IMG/VR virus record: IMGVR_UViG_2537561875_000003
Reading direction: 5' to 3' (one strand)
Origin: a virus
Lineage: Duplodnaviria > Heunggongvirae > Uroviricota > Caudoviricetes
DNA length: 64,000 nt
The notes under the pieces are model-generated. The model did no database searches. It saw nothing but the letters and a program-made list of their open reading frames with translations, and had not been told where the DNA came from. The position numbers and the translations under genes are program-made. This document shows, piece after piece, positions 1 to 10,060 of the stretch. Position 1 is the first letter of the stretch; every line of letters begins with the position of its first letter.

Positions 1-1081
1 CAGACATGTGCTCCTGCGACTGTGCCTGCAGGGCATCCAGACCGTTAAGCGGGGCGTTAACGAACTCAACCGTTTCTGGCTGGGTAGGGTTGTTGTCTTT
101 AGCGAATGCGCCACGGTTATCGCGGCATCGGTTGAAGACATCAAGCCTTGCCAGAAGACTATCTGCCCCACCGCCCTGCAGAATCGTGCTCATATTTGTT
201 CCGATTACCGGAACTGAGAACGAGTGAATCATGTCGCTGACGCTGTCGCGGGTACGAAGCCAGTTATTGACGTATGGCTCGGCAATCTGCGAGAGAGACA
301 GGCCGCGGAAGTTATACGATGCTTTCAGCAGATCAGGGACCTGCCGCGAGACGAAATCAATCATCCGGCTTGCATGTACGGTCCGGCCCATGACAAACCA
401 CTGCGTCGGCTTGTAGAAATCCGGGCTCAGCGGGTTGTCGGAGTTATAAATACCCGGATAGGTCCAGATAGGCTCGATGACCCTGAACCCCTGCAGGCTG
501 CCTTTCGTGATTTTCTTGTCGCTCATGAAGAGCTTCGATTGCAGCTCGTTGTCGTCCATCCATGCGGAGATTCCCCGCGGCGAACGAACGTCGATGTAAA
601 TCTGGCCGCCGCCGAAGTAACCGTCATGCTCTGCGGCTTCTTTAAAGCGCTCGCGCACCTTAAACCGCTTCATGGCCTCTTCGAGCTGCTTCACCCGATC
701 TGCCTTGTCTTCATCGCCGACAGTTTTGAGCTTTATCCATTTGCGGGTCATTTCTTCCGCGATGGTGCCGACCATCTTGCGATATTCAGGCTTCTGCGCC
801 AGCGTGGCCAGATACGGGTAGCCGGGAAAGCTATCAAAGTCGCCGTAGCCGTAACCGCCATACGCAGCATTGAGATCATCGTAAGGCGTGGAGTCCATTG
901 CCAGAATGGCGCTTTTGATAGCCTCGGGGATCACCCCTTTCGGCGGCTCGTAGCGCTGAAACTCTCTTTTCGGTAATGCACGGACTTCGGCCACGGCCTC
1001 TGGTCTGATCCCGACCTTCGGTGCTTCCGGTTCTTTTGCCGGCTCAGGCGCGGCGACTTCTTTCTTTTTAAACCACCACAC
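1..1081 (-). CDS. Portal protein, N-terminal part only (gene runs off the left edge). GTG start at 1081.
   Basis: Manual translation of the minus strand gives an open frame from the GTG at 1081 to the window edge (VWWFKKKEVAAPEPAKEPEA...YDDLNAAYGGYGYGDF...). It lies immediately downstream of terminase large, the usual position of the portal. It is absent from the ORF track because it is incomplete. Confidence 0.5.
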   Translation of the reverse strand, partial: MWWFKKKEVAAPEPAKEPEAPKVGIRPEAVAEVRALPKREFQRYEPPKGVIPEAIKSAILAMDSTPYDDLNAAYGGYGYGDFDSFPGYPYLATLAQKPEYRKMVGTIAEEMTRKWIKLKTVGDEDKADRVKQLEEAMKRFKVRERFKEAAEHDGYFGGGQIYIDVRSPRGISAWMDDNELQSKLFMSDKKITKGSLQGFRVIEPIWTYPGIYNSDNPLSPDFYKPTQWFVMGRTVHASRMIDFVSRQVPDLLKASYNFRGLSLSQIAEPYVNNWLRTRDSVSDMIHSFSVPVIGTNMSTILQGGGADSLLARLDVFNRCRDNRGAFAKDNNPTQPETVEFVNAPLNGLDALQAQSQEHMS

Positions 1082-2758
1082 TTAAATTCTCCTGAGTTGA
1101 TTCGGGTCGATAACCATCGGCTGCGGGCCGGAAATCAGGTTGTCGTCGATTGCGTCCATCCAGGTATCAAGGATGTCGTCGTTGTCGTGACTGTCATCAG
1201 CGGAGAAAGCAGCGCATTCCGTCATCGCCGTCAGCACCCACTCCGTTGAGCCTGCGATCGTGCCGTCCTCGTAGAAGATTCTGGAAAGCTTCTGTCCGTC
1301 GTCGGTGTGCGTCGCGGGGACAAACACTTTCCCGGTTTTGATTTGAGGGATGACGTTAAGGCAGCGAACGAGCTTGTTCTGCCCGGTGCCGCGCGGGATT
1401 TCCCTCACCGGGATGGCGAGTTGCCCGGGCGTCTGGCTACGTTTTTTCAGCGTGGTGATGAGGCCCTGTCCGGCTTGCTTCTCTTCAATGGCCATATGGC
1501 GGAGCGGCATAACCCGCATGGAGCCAGACAGGCGCCATTTTTCCCAAACCTCTTCCGCTTTCTTCAGGAGGTCTTCCGGGTCCCACCGTCCGCGAACGAC
1601 GTCGATGATGTACAGGTTCCCGTCCACGCCCATGCCAGCCAGCGTAAACACGGTGTAATCCAGCCAGTCCTCTACCTTCCCGCTGTTCGTATCGACGTAC
1701 ACGGCGCGGTGCGTAAGCTTCGGCAGCGTGGTGTACGTTCTGAACCAGCTGGTGTCGATAATCCCGCCAGTCAGCGCCATCGGGTTTTGCTGGTATTGCG
1801 ACAGGAAGGTATAGCGATCCTTTTCCCACAGTTGCAGGAGGTCGTTAACGTCTTCCATCTGCGGCCAGTAGGACCAGTAGCGAACACCACCAACGACCAC
1901 AGAATCGGTATCTTTGACCGTTTCCCAGCAAAGCGAACGCCATGGCTCATCGAGCGACTGGATGTACTTCTCGTCGATCATGGCCGGTATGGCGACATGG
2001 TGAAACGGCACCCCCATTCCGCCGGCAAGCATGAATCCCGTTGCATCGTCGGTGTGCAGGCGCTGCTGAATGCTCACAAACGGAGTCGGGTGCTCTTTCG
2101 ACTTATCGCCGCGGCGTGATCGAATGGTGTTTACCAGCAGCGTATTCGCGCTTTTGCGTCGGGACTCGCTGAGCATGTCCACCGGCTTGTTGTAGTCGTC
2201 CAGCATCACCATGCCGGAGAACTCTGGTCCGTAGTAGCCACCACGACCCCCGGTGATCTGCCCGTTGCTTGAGCGCGATACTGTCTGGCCTATAGAGCGC
2301 CCTCGCTCGTCCTTTATCTCCCACTCTTCTGCCTGGTTGACACCAAACGAGCAGGGCCAGAACTCCTGATACTCACGGCTGGCGATAATGTCGCGGGTGC
2401 GCCGGCTGTTACGCTTTACCAGCGTGTCAGCAAAAGAGATATTCAGGTTGCGAAAGCGTTTAAGCCGCTTCTCCTGCACCAGGGCGTTGACATACGCCGG
2501 GAAGTGGATGGAGAAGAACTCAGTTTTCGTACCGCCTGGCGGGATGTTGATAATCAGGTTTCGCGGGACAAGGCGCCCGGCAAGCAGATCATCAATTTTC
2601 GAAGCCATCAGGCGGTGATGCCAGTTAACCAGCAGCCGATCACCCTGAATCAGCTCGAACCATATCCGGGTGAAGTTCAGGAATGACTTCGTAGACTTTG
2701 AACGGATGATCACGCGCTCCGGGAATGACAGGTCATCCCATTCGATAATTCCGCTCAT
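1082..2758 (-). CDS. Terminase large subunit
   Basis: 558 aa with ATPase and C-terminal nuclease acidic motifs (DDILDTWMDAIDDN). It is preceded by a small terminase gene. Confidence 0.85.
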   Translation of the reverse strand: MSGIIEWDDLSFPERVIIRSKSTKSFLNFTRIWFELIQGDRLLVNWHHRLMASKIDDLLAGRLVPRNLIINIPPGGTKTEFFSIHFPAYVNALVQEKRLKRFRNLNISFADTLVKRNSRRTRDIIASREYQEFWPCSFGVNQAEEWEIKDERGRSIGQTVSRSSNGQITGGRGGYYGPEFSGMVMLDDYNKPVDMLSESRRKSANTLLVNTIRSRRGDKSKEHPTPFVSIQQRLHTDDATGFMLAGGMGVPFHHVAIPAMIDEKYIQSLDEPWRSLCWETVKDTDSVVVGGVRYWSYWPQMEDVNDLLQLWEKDRYTFLSQYQQNPMALTGGIIDTSWFRTYTTLPKLTHRAVYVDTNSGKVEDWLDYTVFTLAGMGVDGNLYIIDVVRGRWDPEDLLKKAEEVWEKWRLSGSMRVMPLRHMAIEEKQAGQGLITTLKKRSQTPGQLAIPVREIPRGTGQNKLVRCLNVIPQIKTGKVFVPATHTDDGQKLSRIFYEDGTIAGSTEWVLTAMTECAAFSADDSHDNDDILDTWMDAIDDNLISGPQPMVIDPNQLRRI

Positions 2759-2759
2759 A

Positions 2760-3245
2760 TCAGTCCAGCCCTTCTAACCTTCCCTCCAGCTTCTGCTGGG
2801 CCTTCGCATAGTCTTCAGCGGTGTACGTCACCTGATTCAGCGGGCCGCCGTCTTTACCGGTCAGCTCGACCTTTTGCTTGTTGCTGTAGGCATCGCCAAC
2901 CTCTTTTGCCGCCTGCTCCAGTAGCTGAGCTGTCATGCCGAGGTTTTTCATACCTTCGGCAGTCGTAGACATTCGCTGAAGGACGCGTAGGCGATAGGCT
3001 TTGTTGGCGATCGGGATGTCGGAGATTTCGTTGAGGAATCGGTCTCGGGTGCAGTTGAAAAGGTCTACCCATTTTTGAGCCAAACCTTTCCCAGCCACCT
3101 TTGTCGGGTCATGCGATGCCACCTGCTGGCGCGTCACCTGAACCTTAAATTCTTTTTGTACGGACTCGACGATTTGGGATGGCGTATCAAAGCAAGCGAG
3201 CTCTTGAACGATAAAGGCTCTCACTTCTGGTTTTAGTGCAGCCAT
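2760..3245 (-). CDS. Terminase small subunit (DUF2280-like)
   Basis: 161 aa, immediately upstream of terL and coupled to it. N-terminal MAALKPEVRAFIVQELACFDTPSQI is typical of lambdoid terS. Confidence 0.55.
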   Translation of the reverse strand: MAALKPEVRAFIVQELACFDTPSQIVESVQKEFKVQVTRQQVASHDPTKVAGKGLAQKWVDLFNCTRDRFLNEISDIPIANKAYRLRVLQRMSTTAEGMKNLGMTAQLLEQAAKEVGDAYSNKQKVELTGKDGGPLNQVTYTAEDYAKAQQKLEGRLEGLD

Positions 3246-3275
3246 AACCCACCGTCCGTATAAAGCAGTATAAAA

Positions 3276-3935
3276 TCACGCCAGTTTCAGCATGCACGTC
3301 CCGCAAGCTCTGGCAACATCGATATGAGCAACCTCCGCCGGCCTGTTCGCCGCATCCACCATTTCCTGCACATCTTTGCTGGCGCCGTAACGCCGGACCA
3401 CTCCGACGAATTCCTCGACATCATGGCCGCGAAGTTTGAGCACCGGCATCCCGGTCTCTTTGTTGAACTTCGGCGCGCCATAGTCATCGGTAGCCTGGGC
3501 GATGTGGTAAAGCTCATGCTCTACCAGTGCGCAGAACTCCAGATCGTTACATTGCTCGCAGTAGTCAGCAGCCAGGGTGATGATGAACTTCGGTATGCGA
3601 CCGAACCATTCATGCATCTGTTGCTCCATTCGGGCTTTCTGCCAGCCGCCGGCGCGCATCATTACCTGCTCACACTGGCCAAGCACAATGCGGCCGCTTT
3701 TGGCGAATGAGCCAGAAGCCCACAAGAACGCCACATCAGCGTCGAGCAAGTGCGCATGGTCAGGGTTATGGATTCGGCCGTCTTCGGAGAGGATGTTCTG
3801 ATTTACCCATTCCCCGATTTCGGCAGCAGGGATCAGCCGGGTATACGGCAGCCAGTTTTCGCCAGTGAAGTTGACGGGAGGGTATGGTCTGCGATTGTCA
3901 TTTTCAGTCATGCAGAACAATCCTCTGGAAACCAA
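3276..3935 (-). CDS. Phage protein with an HExxH (HELYH) metallopeptidase-like motif
   Basis: 219 aa ORF between the lysis cassette and terS; carries an HELYH motif. Confidence 0.4.
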   Translation of the reverse strand: MVSRGLFCMTENDNRRPYPPVNFTGENWLPYTRLIPAAEIGEWVNQNILSEDGRIHNPDHAHLLDADVAFLWASGSFAKSGRIVLGQCEQVMMRAGGWQKARMEQQMHEWFGRIPKFIITLAADYCEQCNDLEFCALVEHELYHIAQATDDYGAPKFNKETGMPVLKLRGHDVEEFVGVVRRYGASKDVQEMVDAANRPAEVAHIDVARACGTCMLKLA

Positions 3936-4232
3936 ACATACTTGCTCGGTAATTTCGACATCAAGGCATCAACAAACTTATATAAAACTCTGTCAATGGC
4001 GCTTTTAATGCACCATTTGCAGATCTTTATAATTACGCCTGCTTGCCAATTACAGGGCCAATCCGGATGCACTTCTTAGTGAGCCAACCCCAGCGCAAAA
4101 GCACTGAAAGAATCAGCAGCGGCTTCATGTATGGGCGAAGCGTAATTTCCGCCATTAGGATTCCAGTGGTGCGCATATGGCTTACCTCGTTGTGACATTA
4201 TCGAGCCACCTCTTGAAGTGGCTCTGTAATGC

Positions 4233-4508
4233 CTATAGCAACGGACTGCACAAAGCGCCGGTGTTGCGAGGACGGCGGCCGAAAATATTAACTTGCTCGC
4301 GCACGCTTTCACTGCACATTCGCTCTACGATTCGCCAGTCAGCCTTTTCAGGCGAGGCTTTCACGGAGACTGCGGAAATGACCCGCTCCACCACCCGGCG
4401 CAACTTACTAACCGCTCGGCTCACCGAGATGTCTTCAAACGAAATGGTAGTGATAATTGCCCAGCAAGCCGAGATGAAGCGCGAACACATATGACGCAAA
4501 CTGACCAT
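4233..4508 (-). CDS. Hypothetical protein
   Basis: 91 aa. Strong RBS (CAGGAGTAAATCC-ATG) upstream of the ATG at 4508. Confidence 0.35.
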   Translation of the reverse strand: MVSLRHMCSRFISACWAIITTISFEDISVSRAVSKLRRVVERVISAVSVKASPEKADWRIVERMCSESVREQVNIFGRRPRNTGALCSPLL

Positions 4509-4543
4509 GGATTTACTCCTGTTTGTTGATTTTCAGTGCCAGG

Positions 4544-5029
4544 TTATTTAAGGCACTGCGTGGTGATGTATTCCTGCAGCGCCCTCAGGGCTGTTTGGTC
4601 GCTGAGGATTCCGGACCGGATACCGAGAACGTTTCGTCCAGCAACTGCAGAGAGTTCGACGGTGGCATCATCGCCCACGCTGGCGGCGCCGGCGGTTTGG
4701 GTTGCGGCTGACACTGGACACTTGCCTTTGACGAGCACCCGACCACCATTATCAAGCTTGCGCTGCAGAGCATCATTTTCAGCTTTTGCATCGGCTAATT
4801 CCTTCGTGTATTTAGCATCAAGCGCTGCGACGTCACGCTGTCGAGTCTGCATGTCCGCGATCGTGTCATTTGCCAGGCTGAGTTGCTCAGTCACTTTGTC
4901 CCGCTGCCTTTTGAACTCGGTGGCATTGCTGTGGTAGTGACTGGCCAGCCAGCCGAGGCTGACTATCAGGCAGATCACAATGGCGCTGATAATGGCGGTT
5001 AACCGGCTCATTTCTGCCCCCACAAACAA
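4544..5029 (-). CDS. Rz-type i-spanin
   Basis: N-terminal TM, coiled-coil body, position after the endolysin, and an embedded +1-frame lipoprotein ORF. Confidence 0.75.
   Translation of the reverse strand: MFVGAEMSRLTAIISAIVICLIVSLGWLASHYHSNATEFKRQRDKVTEQLSLANDTIADMQTRQRDVAALDAKYTKELADAKAENDALQRKLDNGGRVLVKGKCPVSAATQTAGAASVGDDATVELSAVAGRNVLGIRSGILSDQTALRALQEYITTQCLK
4585..4791 (-). CDS. Rz1-type o-spanin (embedded)
   Basis: 68 aa; lipobox LMVVGC; proline-rich mature part; fully inside the Rz gene in another frame. Confidence 0.7.
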   Translation of the reverse strand: MQKLKMMLCSASLIMVVGCSSKASVQCQPQPKPPAPPAWAMMPPSNSLQLLDETFSVSGPESSATKQP

Positions 5030-5517
5030 ACTTCACGCTCAATCTCGCGGCGAGTTACCAGGCCTTTCCACTGTTTGCCCTTGGCATAGGTCCAGCGGCG
5101 CAGCTGATCGCAGGCACCTTTCTGGTCGCCCTGGTTGATTTTGCGCAGCAGCGTGGAGGCCTGGAAGTTACCAGCACCGACGTTATAGGCGAATGAGTAG
5201 AGGGCCCCGCGCATTGTTACGGGGATCGGCTTCTGGATGTACGGATCAATCTGGCGGGCGACGGTGTTCAGGTCTTTATTGAGCAGCGCACGGCATTCAG
5301 CCTCGGTGTACTTCTTGCCGAGCATGATGTCTTTGCCAGTGTGGCCATAGCAGACAGTCCAGACGCCTACCACATCCTGATAAGGGTTGTATCGCACACC
5401 TTCAAGACCATCGTTACCGGTTGGGCCGGTGATGAGCGCAGAGGCAATGGCTATGGCGCCACCACCGCCGGCGATCACGCCAATCAGTTTTTTCCTCATT
5501 GATGGCGTCATGCTCAC
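5008..5517 (-). CDS. SAR endolysin (GH24 T4-type lysozyme with N-terminal signal-anchor-release domain)
   Basis: Gly/Ala-rich N-terminal TM ([20 protein letters not shown]) followed by the GH24 catalytic E/D/T region ([23 protein letters not shown]). Confidence 0.75.
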   Translation of the reverse strand: MSMTPSMRKKLIGVIAGGGGAIAIASALITGPTGNDGLEGVRYNPYQDVVGVWTVCYGHTGKDIMLGKKYTEAECRALLNKDLNTVARQIDPYIQKPIPVTMRGALYSFAYNVGAGNFQASTLLRKINQGDQKGACDQLRRWTYAKGKQWKGLVTRREIEREVCLWGQK

Positions 5518-5828
5518 CCCTGTGTATCATTTGCGATCCGCTTCAAGGCCTCGGTTACCACTTCGGCTGAAGCCGGGCGGTCACTTCCTGGCTTGTCGGA
5601 GACATCAGCCAGATAACTGGCCAACAGCTGCGTGCGTTTTTTCTCTTCATCCAGTCGCTCTCGCTCTTCTTTACGCTTTGCGTAATACGTCTTGATTGTG
5701 AAGAAGGCAGAGATCAGGGCGCCAATGATGAAGACATAATCCTGCAGACTCAGGACGGAAAAGATACCAAGCAAGGCTGACCACCAGTAAGGCAGATTGT
5801 GACCATCGGTTGGGTTCATACGTTGCAT
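5514..5828 (-). CDS. Holin (class II, two TM)
   Basis: 104 aa with two hydrophobic helices and a charged C-terminus, directly upstream of and coupled to the endolysin. Confidence 0.55.
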   Translation of the reverse strand: MQRMNPTDGHNLPYWWSALLGIFSVLSLQDYVFIIGALISAFFTIKTYYAKRKEERERLDEEKKRTQLLASYLADVSDKPGSDRPASAEVVTEALKRIANDTQG

Positions 5829-6096
5829 CTCTCACCTCCGATAATGTTCGGGGTGCTATCTGTAGTCAGTAAAAGGTTCAGGGCCGTCGGGCTGATTTAC
5901 CAACAAAGCGTCGAGGGTGATTCCCGCGACCCTGAAAATAAAAAACCCGCTCAAGGCGGGAAGAAATACCAAGGGTAAAAGCGACGGCGGTAGCCGTAAT
6001 GGTCCCAAGGTAGAGGGATATGGTGGCCTGTTGCGTTGCGCCAACAACGCCCTGATGGATTGGATTATGAGCCCGTCATCAGGTCAGGCCATTATC

Positions 6097-6173
6097 TGGT
6101 GCACCATTCAGGACTCGAACCTGAAACCGATAGCTTAGAAGGCTATTGCTCTCTCCGGTTGAGCTAATGGCGC
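6097..6173 (-). tRNA. Phage-encoded tRNA-Arg (anticodon UCU)
   Basis: 77-nt cloverleaf by hand: acceptor GCGCCAT/ATGGTGC, anticodon stem ATAGC/GCTAT, loop CUUCUAA, T-loop GTTCGAGTC, CCA end. Confidence 0.8.
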
Positions 6174-6178
6174 TGAAT

Positions 6179-6256
6179 TGGTGCTCGCATCAGGGTTCGA
6201 ACCTGAAATCATCCGATTATGAGTCGGGTGCTTTAACCTTGTTAAGCTATGCGAAC
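6179..6256 (-). tRNA. Phage-encoded tRNA with CAU anticodon (Met or Ile2)
   Basis: Acceptor GTTCGCA/TGCGAGC, anticodon loop CUCAUAA, GGTTCGAACC T-arm, CCA end. Confidence 0.65.
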
Positions 6257-6672
6257 AATCTGGTTCAGGGCTCTTGCGCGGCGGGTTTCAACGTGTCGTG
6301 CAGCACGTCTCTACCCAAGAGCCCTGACCGGATCGCACAACCACACTCTCGCAGTGGTTCGCGCTCATGCCCTTGAGTACCTGCCGCATCATCGCCGCTT
6401 ATAACCGGTGCGCGTCTGGCATTCGCGCTGCTTTACCGGGGCTTGTGTTGTTTATGAACCCTTACCCATCACCACACAGGCTCGCAATTACGCGACTCGG
6501 GGCAGCATCACTACTGCAGCATGGCCATTAGGCCGCGGTCGACCCGTTCCTATTCACATTTCCTGCCTCCAGAAACGCAAAAGCCCCGACGTTTCCGCCA
6601 GGGCCTTTTTATTCATCATGCCGCCACTTAAAGTTAAGGCAGCATATCAAAGTAGACTCAAATATGACGCAT

Positions 6673-7362
6673 TTAATCCAGTTTTGCAAGACTTGAGTCA
6701 AAATTTGTCGCCTTTTGTTGTGAACGTGATCGCGTTACCTGCAACAGGGCATCGCTATCAAGGCGCCGCAAGGTTGTTTTCATCTCCTCCCACCGCTCCG
6801 TAAACGTTTCTGACCAGTTCTTCGGGGTCACTCCGACCAGAGCGGCAAGTTTTTGGTATTCATACGTCTCCCGCCCTGCCAGCTCGGCTTTGACATCCTG
6901 CGCGGCCAGCCAGATGAGTTGACGCAGGCGATCGACTGTTTTCTTTGCAATGCGCACGCCGGCCAGCTTTTCGTAGAATTGCTCCCATGCCCACCGGGTG
7001 ATCGTCTCCTGGTGCTCCCAGCGGATATTGTCGCTGTAGTTCCACAGCAGCCACGATTTCTGATGCTCTTCCAGCGACAGCAGAGCCCGGCGCCAACTGG
7101 CCGTCGAATACTCAACGGGCAGAACGAGAGCGATTGATGAACCCTTAGCGCGGGACTGCTGCCCGGGAATTGGTGGGCTGGATGGGTTTACCATGCGGCC
7201 GGTTACCGGATCGGCTATTTTCTTCCTTCCCCGGCTGCGCGCCGTAGCGGTGAATTGCGCGTTTTCTGCAAAAGCAACCAACTGTCCTTTCGTCGCGCCG
7301 CTCAGATCGGCGGTGGCCACTATCAGCTGCTGGCGAACATACTCAAGATACTGGGTATTCAT
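6673..7362 (-). CDS. Late-gene antiterminator Q-like
   Basis: 229 aa in the Q position (after rusA and nin-region genes, before tRNAs and lysis). N-terminal [13 protein letters not shown] resembles lambdoid Q. Confidence 0.5.
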   Translation of the reverse strand: MNTQYLEYVRQQLIVATADLSGATKGQLVAFAENAQFTATARSRGRKKIADPVTGRMVNPSSPPIPGQQSRAKGSSIALVLPVEYSTASWRRALLSLEEHQKSWLLWNYSDNIRWEHQETITRWAWEQFYEKLAGVRIAKKTVDRLRQLIWLAAQDVKAELAGRETYEYQKLAALVGVTPKNWSETFTERWEEMKTTLRRLDSDALLQVTRSRSQQKATNFDSSLAKLD

Positions 7363-7499
7363 GCTTTCTCTCCTGAAGCCTGATAGATGCGGACGAAATT
7401 CTTCAAAATTCGGTAGTCAACCAGTACGGTGCCGCGGTGCCGGCAGAGACGGAGCTTTTGCCAGCGGTCGTGGATGCGTTCGATAACTTCACGGTTCAT
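7359..7499 (-). CDS. Small nin-region protein (46 aa, YlcG-like position)
   Basis: Found by manual translation ([23 protein letters not shown]...). ATGA overlap with the Q start. Confidence 0.3.
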   Translation of the reverse strand: MNREVIERIHDRWQKLRLCRHRGTVLVDYRILKNFVRIYQASGEKA

Positions 7500-7858
7500 G
7501 CGGCCTCCATTTCGGTAATGGTTAGCTCAAGCCGCCCACCTTTGACGACAGGCATTCTCTTCACGCTGTAGTAGTCAACCTGCTGGTCATCGAGCCAGAA
7601 ACCCGATTTCGTCAGGGCGTCGAATGCAGCTTTTTGCAGGTTGTCCAGGTCACGGCGCCGGCGATCCGGCATGTGGCACTCAATACGGATTCTCAGTGGC
7701 GTGGAAAGGCCGATATCAAGCATCAAGTCTTTGATGATTCTGGCGACACTGTCGCGGTATGCCTGCCCTTCCGCGCTGATGTGTGTGCGCCCCCGGTTAT
7801 GCCGGTAGTAGCGGTTGTTGCTTGGTGGCCAGGGTAATGAAATTCGATATTGGTTCAT
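7496..7858 (-). CDS. rusA: RusA Holliday-junction resolvase
   Basis: [18 protein letters not shown]...[26 protein letters not shown] matches the RusA family. Start taken at the internal Met, not the longest ORF. Confidence 0.8.
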   Translation of the reverse strand: MNQYRISLPWPPSNNRYYRHNRGRTHISAEGQAYRDSVARIIKDLMLDIGLSTPLRIRIECHMPDRRRRDLDNLQKAAFDALTKSGFWLDDQQVDYYSVKRMPVVKGGRLELTITEMEAA

Positions 7859-8148
7859 GCTTTTATCAGCCCCTCTTTCATCCAGATAACCTGCGTTCTG
7901 GCCATTCCCTCCAGCGCGCACTCCTTCGCATACTCCGCATCTACCAGGCGCGTGCGGCGGTCTATTTCATCGTGACAGGATGAACAGGCGATAGCGGCGA
8001 TCAGATCAGGCGGCTTAATCCCGGTCCCGCACAATCCAGCAATGCGGATATGGGCCAATACCGTGGTTTCTGAGTTGCCGTTGCAGACGCCCGGGATGCG
8101 AACCTGGCATTCACGACCGCGAGCTGCTTTACGAAGATTGGCCATGCT
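7855..8148 (-). CDS. Cys-rich nin-region protein (YbcO/DUF1364-like)
   Basis: Synteny with DLP12 (ybcO-rusA-ylcG-quuD) and conserved Cys residues. Start chosen at [10 protein letters not shown]. Confidence 0.45.
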   Translation of the reverse strand, partial: SMANLRKAARGRECQVRIPGVCNGNSETTVLAHIRIAGLCGTGIKPPDLIAAIACSSCHDEIDRRTRLVDAEYAKECALEGMARTQVIWMKEGLIKA

Positions 8149-8357
8149 CACCCCCATATACGTTGACGAAGTGATCGCGGAGTATGCTCCGGGCGAACAC
8201 AAACCGGCAGCCGGGCGCTGACCGTCCAACTCAGATAATCCGCGTTAAGGCTTTTCTCTGTGACAATGCCTCGCGCCTGATATCTGGACACTAACTGTTC
8301 GGCCTGCTCGGTTGTGCAGTCGGGATGCTGGAACCATGAGTATTTCATCGCCATCAC
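8148..8357 (-). CDS. Hypothetical nin-region protein
   Basis: 69 aa ORF coupled to its neighbours. Confidence 0.3.
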   Translation of the reverse strand: MMAMKYSWFQHPDCTTEQAEQLVSRYQARGIVTEKSLNADYLSWTVSARLPVCVRPEHTPRSLRQRIWG

Positions 8358-8950
8358 CCCGCAAAGCTCAGCAGCTGACTGGCGGCGTTTTCAGCCTCAG
8401 CCGGCGAGTGGAACTTGCGACGCAGAATGTAGTTCCAGAGCACATTCAGCACTGATTTGTAGACGCCGTTGAACTGGCTGTCGTCCATGCTGGCGAAGGA
8501 GATCGACTTTGCGACACGACGACGGCTACCGTCAGGCATCTGGTATTCGTCGTAAAAGCCAGCCTGAATGGTTGCCCACTCGCGGAAGGATTCGAAGTGT
8601 TTCAGAAGCGCCATATCGCGGGAACGAGAAATGCCGACCGAGGAGAGATACATCTCCGCGGCGTTCTGGAGTGCAGCGCGCTGATCGAGGTCGGATGAAA
8701 GGAAGTCGATAAACCCGGATATGAGGTTGCGCTCCGCGGGCTCAATGAGACCACCGGAAGGCGTCCAGTAGTGATACCCGAGAGTCAGAAGTTTGAAGAA
8801 CTTCTTGTGGAATGCGTAATTCCGGGGCTTGCGGAACTCACCGCAAAGCAGTTGCCCCACGGGGATAAGTTGCAGGTATTCGCTGGTTCCCGGCTCTGCG
8901 GGAATCAGTACGTTTTGATAACTCTTCTCAAATTGCAGTGTTTGCGCCAT
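8354..8950 (-). CDS. Nin-region phage protein (DUF1367-like)
   Basis: 198 aa; recognisable conserved lambdoid nin-region family. Confidence 0.4.
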   Translation of the reverse strand: MAQTLQFEKSYQNVLIPAEPGTSEYLQLIPVGQLLCGEFRKPRNYAFHKKFFKLLTLGYHYWTPSGGLIEPAERNLISGFIDFLSSDLDQRAALQNAAEMYLSSVGISRSRDMALLKHFESFREWATIQAGFYDEYQMPDGSRRRVAKSISFASMDDSQFNGVYKSVLNVLWNYILRRKFHSPAEAENAASQLLSFAG

Positions 8951-9106
8951 GTGTCCCCACTTGGCGCCGGATAATCGTGTCAGTTGCTCAGGCTGACGAG
9001 GTAATTATCGCCCTTCCCGGGGAGAAAAGCAAAATGAGCATATACGATAAAAACCCCTCCGGAGAGGGGTTGAGATTAGCGGATGGCTTTGCGTTCTGCG
9101 GGGGAT

Positions 9107-9298
9107 TTAGGCACCGTTTACCTCTACGCATTGAATATTATCTACGCTTGGCGAAACGTCGTCCCAGGACCTCTTATCATCTGCAACTTTCATCGCCTTA
9201 ATGGCTGCTTTGCACTGCTCCATACTCTGCATGGGAACCACCTGCATATTCGATGTATTGCTGCTGATGACGAAAATCAGGAAGAAGTACGGCATCAT
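9107..9298 (-). CDS. Small protein with a hydrophobic N-terminus
   Basis: ATGATG start overlaps the stop of the upstream gene. MMPYFFLIFVISS looks like a signal or TM segment. Confidence 0.3.
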   Translation of the reverse strand: MMPYFFLIFVISSNTSNMQVVPMQSMEQCKAAIKAMKVADDKRSWDDVSPSVDNIQCVEVNGA

Positions 9299-9888
9299 TT
9301 CACCTCCTGCGGCGCTGCTGGCAGCGGCATCCAGTGAGTTGGTGTCCATGACGCGCCGGGGATCAACCAGCCGCTACTCTGCGCATCAGGGTGTCCAGGG
9401 ATATACGTTGCCCATTTGCAACACCACCGCGGCTTCTCTCCCCACCAACACCCGACCAAAACCTCATGACGATTGGGCGGCATGCGCTCGCTTACCGGAA
9501 TCCATTTACCCGGCACGGTAGCGGGTTCACTGCCGGGTGACTGCGGGGCGGCTGCTAGCATGGAGGCTCGGCAGGCGTTCCAGCCTGCGCTAAACTCATT
9601 TTCCTGCCAATCCACCATCAATTCAGGAACTACCGGCGCTGGCGGCGCTGGCGGATAATTTGCCAGCATCCAACTAATGACGTAGTCGGCCTTGAACCGC
9701 TCAACCGGAAATCCTTCATTCCAGTCACGGAAGTGATAGATAACTTTTGCCAGCTCAGGTTGAAGCGCCACCGGCTCGCTGTCCATTGCGGCCAGCGCCA
9801 TACGGGCCAACGCTTTGCTTTCGCCATGCTTCAGGAAACCGTCTTCAGCGATTTCCTGCAGGCGATCTCTGGATAGTTTGCTGGTCAT
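9295..9888 (-). CDS. DUF551-domain phage protein
   Basis: C-terminal WIPVSERMPP...HEVLV...WMPLP pattern typical of DUF551. Confidence 0.45.
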   Translation of the reverse strand: MTSKLSRDRLQEIAEDGFLKHGESKALARMALAAMDSEPVALQPELAKVIYHFRDWNEGFPVERFKADYVISWMLANYPPAPPAPVVPELMVDWQENEFSAGWNACRASMLAAAPQSPGSEPATVPGKWIPVSERMPPNRHEVLVGCWWGEKPRWCCKWATYIPGHPDAQSSGWLIPGASWTPTHWMPLPAAPQEVK

Positions 9889-10060
9889 TGCCGTTCCACC
9901 TTAATTTTTCTCAGCGATTCAAAATGCTTACGCATGGTTTCCTGCACATCTGGATGCCGCCAGTTGGTATGGATGCCGCCGTCTTCGTCGATGGTGAATT
10001 TACCTGCGTTTTCTTTGAGAACTCGCTTCAGGCGCTGCTCAGGGCTTTCGATCATGAACA

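Noticed and set aside
224-976. 250-aa plus-strand ORF at the left edge
   Set aside because: It lies antisense to a continuous minus-strand frame encoding a portal-like protein directly downstream of terminase. It has no RBS and its composition looks like shadow-ORF sequence.
1307-2119. 270-aa plus-strand ORF inside the terminase large-subunit gene
   Set aside because: Antisense shadow ORF of a well-supported terminase gene.
4076-4312. 78-aa minus-strand ORF and the overlapping plus-strand 4177-4494 ORF
   Set aside because: They overlap each other. Only 4233-4508 has a strong RBS, so the others are treated as spurious.
6262-6323. Long inverted repeat (cagggctcttg ... caagagccctg) after the phage tRNAs, considered as a third tRNA
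   Set aside because: No T-loop (GTTCGA) and no acceptor/CCA features. Kept only as a structured element noted in the tRNA finding.
6408-6803. 131-aa plus-strand ORF downstream of the tRNAs
   Set aside because: It runs through the Q 3' end and the late promoter/terminator region on the wrong strand and has no RBS.
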